NCBI GenBank assembly: GCA_963663165.1
Contig: OY760175.1
Location: forward strand, 4,416,001-4,480,000
Direction of reading: 5' to 3'
DNA from: an uncultured Desulfospira sp.
GTDB taxonomy: Bacteria > Desulfobacterota > Desulfobacteria > Desulfobacterales > Desulfobacteraceae
Length of the DNA: 64,000 bases
Under the pieces are notes generated by a model. It worked only from the letters and a program-made list of their open reading frames with translations. It had not been told where the DNA came from and made no database searches. This document shows, one piece after another, positions 38,603-48,663 of this stretch (position 1 is its first letter; each line of letters begins with the position of its first letter). The position numbers and the translations under genes are program-made.

Positions 38603-40711
38603 CTATCTGGCCGGGGATCGTGATATTTTGGCCTCGTCAAAGGATGCCATTTCGCTCATGATCCGGCATGCGGTCTGGGCAAGCTCAATGGCCAGGGCCG
38701 CGCCCGTGGCTTCTCCCAACCGCATGTCCAGATCCATTACGGGTTCAAGTCCCATGTATTCCAGGGCGGCGGCCTGGGCCGGTTCCACGGATTTATGGCC
38801 GCAGATAAGATACCCCCGGATTTGGGGGCAGAGCATATAGGCCAGAAGGCCTGCTGCCGTGGAGATAACCCCGTCCAGAACCACGGCGCACCCCTTTGAT
38901 GCGGCGGCCAGGGCCGCACCGGCAATGCCGGCCAGTTCAAATCCCCCAAGCTTCATGAGAACATCAAGCCCCTCTTCCGGGTCAATGGCGTGGAAATGAA
39001 GTATTTTTTCAACTACCTCTGCCTTATGGGACAGCCCTTTGTTGTCCAGGCCGATTCCCCTGCCCGTGGCCTGTGCCGGTGAAAGGCCTGTGACAGCACA
39101 GATTATGGCCGTGGCGCTGGTGGTATTGCCGATGCCCATTTCTCCCAACCCCAGGATCTGGGGGGGCTCCGGGTCGCTGACGGCGGCAAACGCCCGGATC
39201 CCGTTTTCAAGGGCCTGTACCGCCTCATCCCGGGTCATGGCAGGTTCTAAGGCCATGTTCCTGGTTCCTGACGCCACCTTGGCCCGGATCAGGTCCGGGT
39301 GGGGGGAAAAGTCTTTGTCCACCCCCATGTCCACCACCTTCATGTCAATGCCGTGACAGCGGCAGATCACGTTGATGGCGGCCCCGCCGTTAAGGAAATT
39401 ATCCACCATCTGCCCGGTAACCTCCCGGGGAAATGCCGACACTCCTTCTTCGGTAACCCCATGGTCTGCGGCAAACACCAGGACCGCTTTTTTCCGGATA
39501 GCCGGTTTCAGGCTGTTCTGGATAACGGCCATCTGCACCCCTAAGCCTTCTAATTTTCCAAGGGAGCCCAGGGGCTTGCTTTTATCGTCCATTTTGGCAC
39601 GGGCTTCAGGGCCGAGGGTGCCTGCCGGGTCAATTCCCTTGATGGTGTCCATGATTAACCGGCTTTGAGAAATTGTGGTGAAGGAAGAGAGGGCCTCCTG
39701 TTTTTTCGGCAGGGCCTGATCCCGGGCCGATGTCTTAGTGGTTTTTCCGGTAAAATCCAGGATATATTTAAAGGCCTTGCCTTTTAATACTTTTGGAAGC
39801 ACTTGCGGTGCCTGTTCCGGCTGAACCACCCCTTCAATTAGCCGGGCCAGGGATTTTTCATGGGAAATCAAAAAGGGGACACCCCGTTCCATATCTGATT
39901 TTTTCATGCCATAGGCCCCTGAAATGGCAATTTCCTTGTAGTGGATCAGGTTCAGCAGGTTGGTTTCAATGGATTCATTTTTGGTGATGCCGGAAAAAAA
40001 GGAGAAATGGCCGCCCTTGTCCACCTTGGTAAGGGCCTGGCTAAAGGCAATATAATCGGGACAGGCATTAATCACGATATCAAACCGACTGTCATGGGTT
40101 TCCTTGGCACAGGCCAGGTCTTCCGCCGCCAAAACAGGGGCGATTTTCTGGATTTTTACCTCATCCTTTTCCAGGATAAAGGGCTCAAGGCCCCGGTGCC
40201 GGGCATAAATGGCCGTGATCAGCCCCATGGTGCCCCCGCCGTAAACAAGGATCCGTTTGCCCGGGGTAACGGGAAATTGATCAAAGGCGTTGACCACGCA
40301 TCCCACAGGTTCGGCGAAACAGGCCACATGGGTATCCAGTTCGTCTGGTGCGGGAATAAGGCTTGCCAGGGGCACCACGGCTTTGTGGGCAAATCCGCCG
40401 TCCCGGTGAAACCCGATAATTTTCATTTCATCACAAAGGTTTTCCCTGCCGGATCTGCAATAAGAACAGGTCCCGCAGCTGGTTCCCGGCCAGACCAAAA
40501 ACCTTTGGCCGTCCCGGGCAAGGACCACCATCTCATGGCCTAACACCCGGGGAAACACCAAATCCCGCTGTCCCTGCACCCACATCTTGGCATCGGTCCG
40601 GCAGACAGCACAGGCCAGCACATCCACCAGGACTTCATCAGGTCCGGGTTCCCGGACAGGCAGCGGCTGGATTTCAAGTTTTCCCAACCCTGTCAGCACC
40701 ATTTGGATCAT
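38603..40711 (-). CDS. cobT: Fusion: Zn-dependent MDR dehydrogenase + nicotinate-nucleotide:DMB phosphoribosyltransferase
   Basis: N-terminal half: CRTD, GHE, C-x2-C-x2-C-x7-C and GGGTMG. C-terminal half: KPLGSLGKLE, FAADHGV, GEMGIGNTT, GGFE and RLGEATGA. Confidence 0.92.
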   Translation of the reverse strand: MIQMVLTGLGKLEIQPLPVREPGPDEVLVDVLACAVCRTDAKMWVQGQRDLVFPRVLGHEMVVLARDGQRFLVWPGTSCGTCSYCRSGRENLCDEMKIIGFHRDGGFAHKAVVPLASLIPAPDELDTHVACFAEPVGCVVNAFDQFPVTPGKRILVYGGGTMGLITAIYARHRGLEPFILEKDEVKIQKIAPVLAAEDLACAKETHDSRFDIVINACPDYIAFSQALTKVDKGGHFSFFSGITKNESIETNLLNLIHYKEIAISGAYGMKKSDMERGVPFLISHEKSLARLIEGVVQPEQAPQVLPKVLKGKAFKYILDFTGKTTKTSARDQALPKKQEALSSFTTISQSRLIMDTIKGIDPAGTLGPEARAKMDDKSKPLGSLGKLEGLGVQMAVIQNSLKPAIRKKAVLVFAADHGVTEEGVSAFPREVTGQMVDNFLNGGAAINVICRCHGIDMKVVDMGVDKDFSPHPDLIRAKVASGTRNMALEPAMTRDEAVQALENGIRAFAAVSDPEPPQILGLGEMGIGNTTSATAIICAVTGLSPAQATGRGIGLDNKGLSHKAEVVEKILHFHAIDPEEGLDVLMKLGGFELAGIAGAALAAASKGCAVVLDGVISTAAGLLAYMLCPQIRGYLICGHKSVEPAQAAALEYMGLEPVMDLDMRLGEATGAALAIELAQTACRIMSEMASFDEAKISRSPAR

Positions 40712-40911
40712 GACAAATCCTCTTCTGTTAACACCAGTTTTTTAATCGTGACCTTCGGATATCCTTTTTCTGAGGCCTGCCGCATAAGCTTTCTGACCTC
40801 TTCCAGCCGGTCCATGGGAAAGACCGACGCCTTGTCCAGGCCGACCTCAAGAATGCCGCTGTCCTTAAATCTTAAATATGTATGGTGGGATTTTATAATC
40901 AACAGTTCCAT
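40708..40911 (-). CDS. Small hypothetical protein (67 aa)
   Basis: RBS AAGGA, ATGA overlap with the downstream fusion gene, and 10-bp gap to the upstream gene. Confidence 0.75.
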   Translation of the reverse strand: MELLIIKSHHTYLRFKDSGILEVGLDKASVFPMDRLEEVRKLMRQASEKGYPKVTIKKLVLTEEDLS

Positions 40912-40921
40912 GATGGTGTCC

Positions 40922-42031
40922 TTAAACCAGTGAATGAAGGGTGTTTAATCCTTTCTCAGGATGACTGTTCTGGGCCGATACCCAGTTTTCCAGGGTTTCA
41001 AAGGCCCTGCCGTTTTCCAGGAGGCAGGCGGCCTGTTCAATGCCCTGGTCCAGGTCGTTGGCCTTGCCGGCGCAAAGCAAGATCAGGCCGGCATTGAGAA
41101 TGGCCGCATCTTTTCGGGCGCTGCTTTCCCTTCCGGCCATGAGCCTTGCAAATCGTTTCACCTCCCGGTCCATTTCAGGTTCCGGCCTTAAATCTTCACA
41201 GGATGAGGCGGCCAGTCCCAGGGGCCTGGGGTCAATGGTGAAACGCTTGATCTGTGCCTGGCCGGTTGTTTTATCGGTTGAGATTTCAGCGCAACGGGTC
41301 TGGCCGCAGACCGAAGCCTCATCCATGCCCTGTCCTGAACCGTCTACCCGTCCGTGAAGCACAATAGCCCGGGTATAGCCGATTTCTTTCATGACCTTGG
41401 CCACCGGCATGATCATTTCCTCAGCGTATACCCCCCGGACGCCAATGGACGGCAGGGCCGGGTTGGCCAGGGAGGCGGCAATGTTCAGGGTGGACCCGAA
41501 ATAAAGCTGGGAGAGAATCCGGCCCAGGGCATTGGGGTGAATCTTAGGGCTCATCCCGTTGAACAGCCCCAATCCGGCAGACTGGATGCTTTTGGCCACA
41601 GTCTGGGCGGAACACTCCACATCCACCCCTAAAGATTCGGCCATATCCACCGTGCCGCAGGTCGAGGTAATGGCCCGGGCCCCGTGCCGGGCCATGGGAA
41701 CGCCTCCTGCGGCGGCTATAATGGATGAGGCAGTGGAAATATTAAAGGTTTTAAAAGAGTCCATGCCGGTTCCGGAATTTTCCGCGACCGCCAGGTCCAG
41801 GGCTACTTTGGTGGTGTCCAACTCGTAAATGGCTTCCCAGGCCCCGGCCACTTCTTCAGCACTTTCGCCTTTGGCGGTAAGGGCGGCCAGAAAGGCCCCC
41901 TGCTGGATCTGGGTGGTGGCATTGCTGAGAATGGTGGAGAACGCCTCAAAGGCGGCTTCCCGGCTTAGATTTTCCTTGTTGATGAGGCGGGTGATGACAG
42001 CCCCAAAGGCCCTATCGGTTTTTATGGTCAT
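40922..42031 (-). CDS. Divergent anthranilate phosphoribosyltransferase-like protein
   Basis: Q.GAFL.AL..KGE...E, SGTGMD...TFNIST, RHGAR, LGV, GMDE and LNAG. Confidence 0.85.
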   Translation of the reverse strand: MTIKTDRAFGAVITRLINKENLSREAAFEAFSTILSNATTQIQQGAFLAALTAKGESAEEVAGAWEAIYELDTTKVALDLAVAENSGTGMDSFKTFNISTASSIIAAAGGVPMARHGARAITSTCGTVDMAESLGVDVECSAQTVAKSIQSAGLGLFNGMSPKIHPNALGRILSQLYFGSTLNIAASLANPALPSIGVRGVYAEEMIMPVAKVMKEIGYTRAIVLHGRVDGSGQGMDEASVCGQTRCAEISTDKTTGQAQIKRFTIDPRPLGLAASSCEDLRPEPEMDREVKRFARLMAGRESSARKDAAILNAGLILLCAGKANDLDQGIEQAACLLENGRAFETLENWVSAQNSHPEKGLNTLHSLV

Positions 42032-42117
42032 AAGAATCCTCCAAATACTTCCCTGGTGTCGGGAAAATTATTCAACAGGACCTTATTCCAGCGGCAATCC
42101 TTTGGCGCTTTTTTGTC

Positions 42118-42380
42118 CGGGCAGGCTTTCCGGCTTGCGGATCACTCTAATTGCTGCACCTTCCCCTGAATTGAGCTATTAGCTTTTAGCCGTTAGCCAT
42201 TAGCTTTCGGCTAACGGCTAATGGTTTATAGCTAACAGCTTTTTCACAGAGTGGCATATTGCAGGTTTCGTCCCCGCTTACGGCAACGGCTGGTATGCAA
42301 CGGATTTTCACCGTTTTTCCTTTTACCCCGGATCCCGCTTTCAGTTAAAAAGCCGGGAAACCCAGGCACCCTGACAGTGA
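42118..42380 (-). ncRNA. Cobalamin riboswitch
   Basis: Minus strand reads GGTGC...AAAAGGAAAAACGGTGAAAATCCGTTGC...CCGTAAGCGGGG...GCCACT...GGGAAGG...GATCCGCAAGCCGGAAAGCCTGCC (B12 box). It lies upstream of a cobT operon. Confidence 0.9.
42174..42240. repeat. Inverted heptamer repeat inserted inside the riboswitch
   Basis: (TTAGCYR)n - TTTCG - (GCTAAYR)n. Confidence 0.85.
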
Positions 42381-42445
42381 CGTAAATTATAAGGATTACA
42401 AGGGGGTTTTGTCAATCCCCTGACCGGATAATCGCAGATAATTTG

Positions 42446-42991
42446 TTACCGCCGCCCACCCCGTAAAAAACCGAAGACGGCACCGATACATCCGCCGGCC
42501 AGGTGGCCGAACTGGGAGATATTGTCGGTTTTAAAGATGTCGGTCAGCTCAGAGCCAATGTAAATGGCGGCAATAAGGATAAAGGTTAACGGGATCTCCC
42601 GGCTCCTGAAATTGGAAAAAGAACCCAGCAGGATCATCATAAACACCAGGCCGCTGCCGCCGATCAGGCTGGTGTGAAACAGGGCGGCATTGAATAACGC
42701 CGTTGCGGCCGCCGTGATGACAAACATTTCAAAGAGCCGCCAGGACCCGTATTTTTCCTCTAAAAGCGGGCCTAAAAGCAGGATGAAAATGATATTTCCT
42801 TTAAAATGAGTCCATCCGGCGTGGGCCAGGACATGGGTAAACAGCCTGATGTAAAACTTCGGGTCTGAAAAGGCCATGTGGGAAGGGGAGGAAAGGCTCA
42901 GTCCCGTAAAATTTGAAACCGGCAGCAGCAGGCAGATCAGGGCCAGAATGCCGTAGGTAAGAATAACAGGGGAGTTGTATCTGATTTTCAT
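42446..42991 (-). CDS. Rhomboid-family intramembrane serine protease
   Basis: H....H..GN, LE..YG, GGSG and catalytic H in GHLAG. Confidence 0.88.
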   Translation of the reverse strand: MKIRYNSPVILTYGILALICLLLPVSNFTGLSLSSPSHMAFSDPKFYIRLFTHVLAHAGWTHFKGNIIFILLLGPLLEEKYGSWRLFEMFVITAAATALFNAALFHTSLIGGSGLVFMMILLGSFSNFRSREIPLTFILIAAIYIGSELTDIFKTDNISQFGHLAGGCIGAVFGFLRGGRR

Positions 42992-43225
42992 ATCCGCCTC
43001 CTTAAATCAGGTTTTACAAGGGGATCTTGAGCAAACATGGTTTTGTTTTTCGTATTTTGGGCTTTAAATAAAAGCCAAAACGCCTCTGACAGTCCGTCCT
43101 GAGGGTTATACCCGGGCAAACCGGCCCGGTCAACCCTGATTCGCCATGTTTCCAGGACAGGGCCATCACATGTAAAAAAACAATCCATCCTGGAATGGGG
43201 GAATAAGGATACCGCCAATAAAACG

Positions 43226-43319
43226 TAAGGAGACCGGAGGAAAGGAGACCGCAGACCGGAATGCGAAACCCCTAAGGATGCGCGATCCGGTCTCCCGTCT
43301 CCTTTCCTCCGGTTTCCTT
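43226..43319. repeat. Long intergenic inverted repeat with heptamer-like arms
   Basis: AAGGAGACCGGAGGAAAGGAGAC ... GTCTCCTTTCCTCCGGTTTCCTT followed by a T run. Confidence 0.7.
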
Positions 43320-43488
43320 TTTTTATTTATTATCCTTATCATCGAAATCGACATCACCAGCAGGCAAGTTACATGCGATCACCCTTTTTCCGGGACAGAC
43401 AGCCTTGAAACTTAACGGATTTTGATTTAGTGTAGTCACGCATCAATGTCCGCTTGTTTATAAATTTTTAGTCAAAGGAGAGTGCCCC

Positions 43489-44280
43489 ATGCCGGCCCGC
43501 GTCACCACGTCAAGTTTGATGAAAATGAAACAGGAAGGGAAAAAAATTACCGCCCTGACCGCATATGACTATCCTTTTGCCTCTTTGCTGGACCAGGCCG
43601 GGATCGACATGATCCTGGTGGGGGATTCTTTGGGGATGGTGGTTCAGGGAAAAGAGACCACCCTGCCCGTTACCATGGATGAGATGATCTACCATACGGC
43701 CATGGTGTCACGGGCCTGCCAATACTCAATGGTGGTGGGGGATATGCCGTTTATGTCCTATCAGGTCTCGTTGGACAAAGCTGTTGAAAATGCAGGACGG
43801 ATCATCAAGGAAGGTCTCGCCCAGGCCGTAAAGCTTGAAGGCGGGGCCGATGTCTGCCCGGCCATTAATGCCATGGCAAAGGCCGGGATTCCGGTTCAGG
43901 CCCATATCGGCCTGACCCCCCAGTCGGTCCACCAGATGGGCGGGTTCAAGGTCCAGAGGGATGAAGAGCGCCTGTTAAAGGATGCTAAGGATGTGGAAAA
44001 TGCCGGGGCTTTTTCCGTTGTTTTGGAAGGGATTCCATCCCCCATCGCCGCAAAGATCACCCAGGCCCTGGCCATCCCCACTATTGGTATCGGGGCAGGG
44101 GCCGGATGTGACGGGCAGATCCTGGTTCTTCACGACATGCTGGGCATCAATGACCGGTTTTTGCCCAAGTTTGTCAAAAAGTATGCGGACCTGGCCATTG
44201 AGGCCAAAAAAGGTGTGGCCGCCTACATTGAAGAGGTCAGGCAGGGAACCTTTCCCTCTGAAGATTATGAATACAAATAA
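43489..44280 (+). CDS. panB: 3-methyl-2-oxobutanoate hydroxymethyltransferase
   Basis: [34 protein letters not shown] and [12 protein letters not shown]. Confidence 0.97.
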   Translation: MPARVTTSSLMKMKQEGKKITALTAYDYPFASLLDQAGIDMILVGDSLGMVVQGKETTLPVTMDEMIYHTAMVSRACQYSMVVGDMPFMSYQVSLDKAVENAGRIIKEGLAQAVKLEGGADVCPAINAMAKAGIPVQAHIGLTPQSVHQMGGFKVQRDEERLLKDAKDVENAGAFSVVLEGIPSPIAAKITQALAIPTIGIGAGAGCDGQILVLHDMLGINDRFLPKFVKKYADLAIEAKKGVAAYIEEVRQGTFPSEDYEYK

Positions 44281-45163
44281 CCTTTCCTTTACCATTATCG
44301 GATGCGGCCGCCTGGGAACCAACCTGGCGGCTTTTCTGGCCCAGAATGGATTTGTGCCGGCGGCCCTGTGCAGCAAAACCGAACAGTCTGCCCGCCGGGC
44401 TGTCCAGGCGGCGGGCGCAGGCAAGGTGGTGGATGACCCCATTGAAGCGGCCCGGACCTCTAACCTTATTTTTATCACCACCCCGGATACGGTCATTGAG
44501 TCTTTGTGTGGCCATATGGCTTCAAAGGGCGGATTTGGACCGGACTCTATTGTCTTTCACCTTTCAGGGGCCCTGCCGTCCAGTATTCTGGATTCAGCCG
44601 GAAAGGTCGGGGCCGGTATCGGGTCCATCCATCCCCTCCAGGCCTTTGCCCCTTACAAACCGGGGCAGGCATCCCCGTTTAAAGGAATTAACATCTCACT
44701 GGAAGGCAGTGAGAGAGCGGTCAGCCTGGGCAAAGAGATTGTCAACAGCCTTGGGGCCAATTACTTCACTATTCCCACCCGGGCCAAGGTCCTTTACCAT
44801 GCATCGGCTGTGGCTGCTTCCAATTATCTGGTAACCCTGGAGCATTTTGCCCTTTGCCTTTTGATGGAAACCGGGCTTCCCGAAAGCCGGGCCTATGAAA
44901 TTCTGGAACCGTTGATTCAGGGAACCTTGAAAAACATTAAAGCCCGGGGCAGCGTGAATGCGCTGACCGGCCCCGTGGCCAGGGGGGATGATGATATCAT
45001 TGCCCGGCACCTGGCCGATATCGACGAAAAAATGCCACGATTTTCAGATCTGTACAGACTCTTGGGACGACATACCCTGGATATCGCCGGCCAGAGAGGA
45101 GAGATTTCTCAACAGGCTATGGACAGGCTTTCCCGCTTGTTTAGTTCTGAAAAAGCGCATTGA
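44267..45163 (+). CDS. Rossmann-like + DUF2520 protein (PanG-type ketopantoate reductase candidate)
   Basis: [25 protein letters not shown] and LTGPVARGD. Overlaps the end of panB. Confidence 0.85.
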   Translation: MNTNNLSFTIIGCGRLGTNLAAFLAQNGFVPAALCSKTEQSARRAVQAAGAGKVVDDPIEAARTSNLIFITTPDTVIESLCGHMASKGGFGPDSIVFHLSGALPSSILDSAGKVGAGIGSIHPLQAFAPYKPGQASPFKGINISLEGSERAVSLGKEIVNSLGANYFTIPTRAKVLYHASAVAASNYLVTLEHFALCLLMETGLPESRAYEILEPLIQGTLKNIKARGSVNALTGPVARGDDDIIARHLADIDEKMPRFSDLYRLLGRHTLDIAGQRGEISQQAMDRLSRLFSSEKAH

Positions 45164-45390
45164 TCTGCGTTTTTGCTACTTCAGGAGCCGTAAAAACGCT
45201 GCGGTTTTTGAAATGAGATGGGACACGGACCGAATATTCAGCAGGCGCTGGATTTCGTCGCATAGGGATTATCAATTCTTTTTTACGTCGCGTATGCAAA
45301 TAATCAATTTGATTAGTTGGCCGGTCTTCATCTATGAGTGGTAAAGGGAGAATTATGATATGAAATCATAAGTATACCAATGGAGGTGCT

Positions 45391-46332
45391 ATGCAAAAAG
45401 AGTCTAAAAAAACGTTTTACGAAAAGTTGGAAGCAAAAGGGGTCTCAAGAAGGGATTTCCTCAAGTACTGTACTGCCCTTACCGCTACCATGGGATTGTC
45501 CTACTCCTGTGTGGGCAAGGTCGCCGAGCAGATTGAACAGGCCGCAGCAACCCGGCCGCCTGTGGTCTGGCTGCATTTCAGTGAATGCACCGGCTGTTCG
45601 GAAGCCTTCCTGAGGACACCGGATGTGGGGGGCATTATCCTTGAAACCATTTCAGTTGAGTACCATGAAACCATCATGGCCGCAGCCGGCCATCAGGCCG
45701 AAAAGAACCTGCATGACGCCGTTGAAAAGTACACCGGTAAATTCGTATGTGTCGTGGAAGGCGCTATTGCCACCAATTACAACGGGGCCTACGGCAAAGT
45801 TGCCGGCAGAACTTTCCTGGAAATCGCCAAGGATGTCGTGCCCAAGGCCGCGGCAACCATCTGTCTGGGAACCTGTGCCTGTTACGGCGGCGTAGCGGCA
45901 GCCGCTCCCAACCCGGGTGGATACAAGGGCGTGGGTGATGCGCTGGGCATCTCCCCCATCAACCTCCCCGGTTGTCCCACCAATCCCCTTAACCTGCTGG
46001 GGACCATTCTCAAATACCTGAACAATGAAGCCATGGAGCTGGACGATTACGGCAGGCCCATGTTCGCCTATGGCGAGACGGTTCACGACAACTGCCCCCG
46101 GCTTAAGCATTACGAAGAAGGCAATTTTGTTGAAGAATTCGGGTCCAAGGAAGCTGAAATGGGCTACTGTCTTTACCAGATGGGCTGTAAAGGGCCTGAA
46201 ACCTATAATAACTGTCCTACTGCAAAATTTAATGATGCCACCAGCTTTCCCATCCAGGCCGGCCATCCCTGCATCGGATGCAGCGAGCCTGACTTCTGGG
46301 ACAGCATGACACCGTTTTACGAAGAATCTTAA
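45391..46332 (+). CDS. Periplasmic group 1 [NiFe] hydrogenase small subunit
   Basis: Tat signal SRRDFLK, ECTGCSE, GTCACYGG, PGCP, HDNCPR, GCKGP and CIGCSEP. Confidence 0.96.
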   Translation: MQKESKKTFYEKLEAKGVSRRDFLKYCTALTATMGLSYSCVGKVAEQIEQAAATRPPVVWLHFSECTGCSEAFLRTPDVGGIILETISVEYHETIMAAAGHQAEKNLHDAVEKYTGKFVCVVEGAIATNYNGAYGKVAGRTFLEIAKDVVPKAAATICLGTCACYGGVAAAAPNPGGYKGVGDALGISPINLPGCPTNPLNLLGTILKYLNNEAMELDDYGRPMFAYGETVHDNCPRLKHYEEGNFVEEFGSKEAEMGYCLYQMGCKGPETYNNCPTAKFNDATSFPIQAGHPCIGCSEPDFWDSMTPFYEES

Positions 46333-46338
46333 CCGCCA

Positions 46339-46402
46339 CTGACGGCTAACGATTAACAGTTAAAAGCTAATGGCTGACGGCTAACCGTTAAAAGCCAACA
46401 GC
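46339..46402. repeat. Degenerate heptamer tandem repeat
   Basis: About nine GCTAACR-like units between the hydrogenase genes. Confidence 0.75.
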
Positions 46403-46420
46403 TTACGAAAGGATATTATT

Positions 46421-48058
46421 ATGGGTAAAAGAATTATTGTTGACCCGATTACCAGAATCGAGGGTCATTTGAGAATCGAAGTTGAAGTTGAAAACGGCAA
46501 AGTCAAGGATGCCTGGAGTTCAGGGCAGATGTTCCGGGGTATTGAGATGATGCTCCAGGGCCGGGATCCTCAGGATGCCCACCATTTTGTACAAAGGTCC
46601 TGCGGGGTCTGTACCTATATTCATGCCCTTTCTTCTGTCAGGGCTGTGGAAGATGCCTGTAACATTGAAATCCCTGAGAATGCCCGAATTATCCGGAACC
46701 TGCTTCACGGGGCCCAGTACCAGCATGACCATATTGTTCATTTTTATCACCTCCACGCCCTGGACTGGGTGGATATTGTCAGCGCCCTGTCAGCAGATCC
46801 GGTTAAAACCGCTAAACTTTCGGAAAATGTGTCCGGACGTCCCCAGAGTTCAGAATATTTCAAAACGGTTCAGACCAAGCTGACAACCTTTGTCAACAGC
46901 GGTCAGCTCGGCCCGTTTAACAACGCTTACTGGGGCCACTCCGCCTATCAGCTGCCGGCAGAAGCCAATCTCATGGCGGCTTCCCATTACCTGGAAGGCA
47001 TCAAACTCCAGGCCAAAGCCGCCCGGATGCATGCCATTTTCGGCGGCAAAAACCCCCATCCCCAGTCCCTGGTGGTGGGCGGTGTCACCTGTGTGGGCGA
47101 CCTGACCCCGGAAAGAATTGATGAGTTCGTGGATATCTGGAAAGAAACCAAAGCCTTTGTGGACGAAGTGTATCTGCCGGATCTCCTGGCCGTGGCCTCT
47201 TTTTATAAAAATTGGGGCGCCATTGGCGGAAACAACGACACCTTCCTGGCTTATGGCGACTTCCCCCAGAAAAATATCAATGACGACCTGCTGCTTCCCA
47301 GCGGGGTTCTTTTAGGAGACCTTAGCCCCAAAGCCGTGGATACTCAAAAAATCACTGAGGACGTTACCCGGTCCTGGTATGAAGACGGCAGCGCCAAACA
47401 TCCCTATGAGGGGGAAACCAAGCCCATCAAGGGTGAAGTGACCTACAACACGGAGGATAAGTACTCCTGGATAAAAGCCCCCCGGTATGCGGGCAAATCT
47501 GCTGAAGTCGGCCCCCTTTCAAGGGTTCTCGTGGCCTATACCAGCGGCCAGGAACACGTAAAGAAACTGGTGGACCATACCCTTAAAACCCTGGACGTGA
47601 AAACCGATGCCCTGTTCTCCACCCTGGGCAGAACCGCTGCCCGGGCCATTGAAACCGTGGTGGTCGGTGATGCCATGGAAGGATGGATTGATACCCTTAA
47701 ATCCAACATTTCTGCGGGCAACAAAAAGACCTACCAGTCCTGGACCATGCCGGACAAGGGCAGGGGATACGGCCTCAATGATGTTCCCCGGGGCGCTCTG
47801 GGCCACTGGATCGATATTGAGGGCGGCAAGATCAAAAATTACCAGTACGTGGTTCCCTCCACCTGGAACCTTGGTCCCAGCGACGCCTCAAATCAGAAAG
47901 GGCCTGTGGAAAGCTCTTTGATCGGCACCCCCATTGCCGATCCCCAAAAGCCCCTGGAAGTGTTGAGAACCGTCCATTCCTACGATCCGTGCATTGCCTG
48001 TGCCATACACGTGATTGATCCGCATACTAACGAAACCTATAAGGTAAGAGTGATATAG
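46421..48058 (+). CDS. [NiFe] hydrogenase large subunit
   Basis: DPITRIEGH, L1 RSCGVC, L2 DPCIACAIH and a cleavable C-terminal tail. Confidence 0.97.
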   Translation: MGKRIIVDPITRIEGHLRIEVEVENGKVKDAWSSGQMFRGIEMMLQGRDPQDAHHFVQRSCGVCTYIHALSSVRAVEDACNIEIPENARIIRNLLHGAQYQHDHIVHFYHLHALDWVDIVSALSADPVKTAKLSENVSGRPQSSEYFKTVQTKLTTFVNSGQLGPFNNAYWGHSAYQLPAEANLMAASHYLEGIKLQAKAARMHAIFGGKNPHPQSLVVGGVTCVGDLTPERIDEFVDIWKETKAFVDEVYLPDLLAVASFYKNWGAIGGNNDTFLAYGDFPQKNINDDLLLPSGVLLGDLSPKAVDTQKITEDVTRSWYEDGSAKHPYEGETKPIKGEVTYNTEDKYSWIKAPRYAGKSAEVGPLSRVLVAYTSGQEHVKKLVDHTLKTLDVKTDALFSTLGRTAARAIETVVVGDAMEGWIDTLKSNISAGNKKTYQSWTMPDKGRGYGLNDVPRGALGHWIDIEGGKIKNYQYVVPSTWNLGPSDASNQKGPVESSLIGTPIADPQKPLEVLRTVHSYDPCIACAIHVIDPHTNETYKVRVI

Positions 48059-48146
48059 GTTGATAGACTGAAGGCTGAAGGTGGATAGACTTAAAGGATG
48101 ATCAGAGCACTGACTTCCTTCAGCCTAAACACCTTCAGTCTAAACC
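48056..48146. repeat. Inverted GRCTGAAG repeat hairpin
   Basis: GATAGACTGAAGGCTGAAGG ... CCTTCAGCCTAAACACCTTCAGTCTAAAC. Same family as 14542-14617. Confidence 0.75.
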
Positions 48147-48159
48147 CCTAAAGAAGATT

Positions 48160-48663
48160 ATGAATGACAATATTACCGTTCTTGGCGTGGGCAACATCCT
48201 TTACAGTGATGACGGCGTGGGCGTGCGCGTGGTTGAAGCGCTCATGGCGGCATACGAATTTTCAGACAACGTTTCCGTGGTGGACGGCGGGGTTTTGGGA
48301 ATCAACCTGCTGGGGGTGATTTCCAGTGCCGGCCGGCTCATTGTGGTGGATACGGTGTTAAATCATGGAAAGCCCGGTGATTTTCACCGTCTGGAACATG
48401 ACCAGATCCCGGACCGGATTCTGGCCAAGAACTCCCTTCACCAGGTGGACCTGATTGAGGCCCTGACCCTGTGCAAAGCCCTGGACCATGTGCCCCGGAC
48501 CACCATCATCGGCATTGAGCCTGAAGACTTAAATACCCTAAGCGACAAGCTGACCCCAACCATCCAGAACAAACTGGAAGAACTGACCCAAAAAGTCCTG
48601 GAGGAAGTCGGTAAACTCGGGGGCTCCTACACGCCTAAAAACGGGCAGCCTAAATCTTGTTGA
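48160..48663 (+). CDS. Hydrogenase maturation protease (HyaD/HybD family)
   Basis: VLGVGNIL..DDGVG, VDGG, IVVD and SLHQ. Confidence 0.93.
   Translation: MNDNITVLGVGNILYSDDGVGVRVVEALMAAYEFSDNVSVVDGGVLGINLLGVISSAGRLIVVDTVLNHGKPGDFHRLEHDQIPDRILAKNSLHQVDLIEALTLCKALDHVPRTTIIGIEPEDLNTLSDKLTPTIQNKLEELTQKVLEEVGKLGGSYTPKNGQPKSC

Noticed and set aside
40922..42031. Canonical trpD
   Set aside because: Substrate-binding motifs are altered, no trp genes are adjacent, and it is under a B12 riboswitch, so the symbol is withheld.
43105..43135. c-di-GMP-I riboswitch (GGGCAAACC)
   Set aside because: The GAAA tetraloop stem and downstream GCAAA/P3 elements are missing. It is only a short GC hairpin.
43982..44266. 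N-terminal extension of the DUF2520 ORF
   Set aside because: It overlaps panB in another frame. The Rossmann motif begins just after the ATG at 44267.
46421..48058. [NiFeSe] hydrogenase
   Set aside because: The L2 motif is DPCIAC with a Cys codon and no in-frame TGA.
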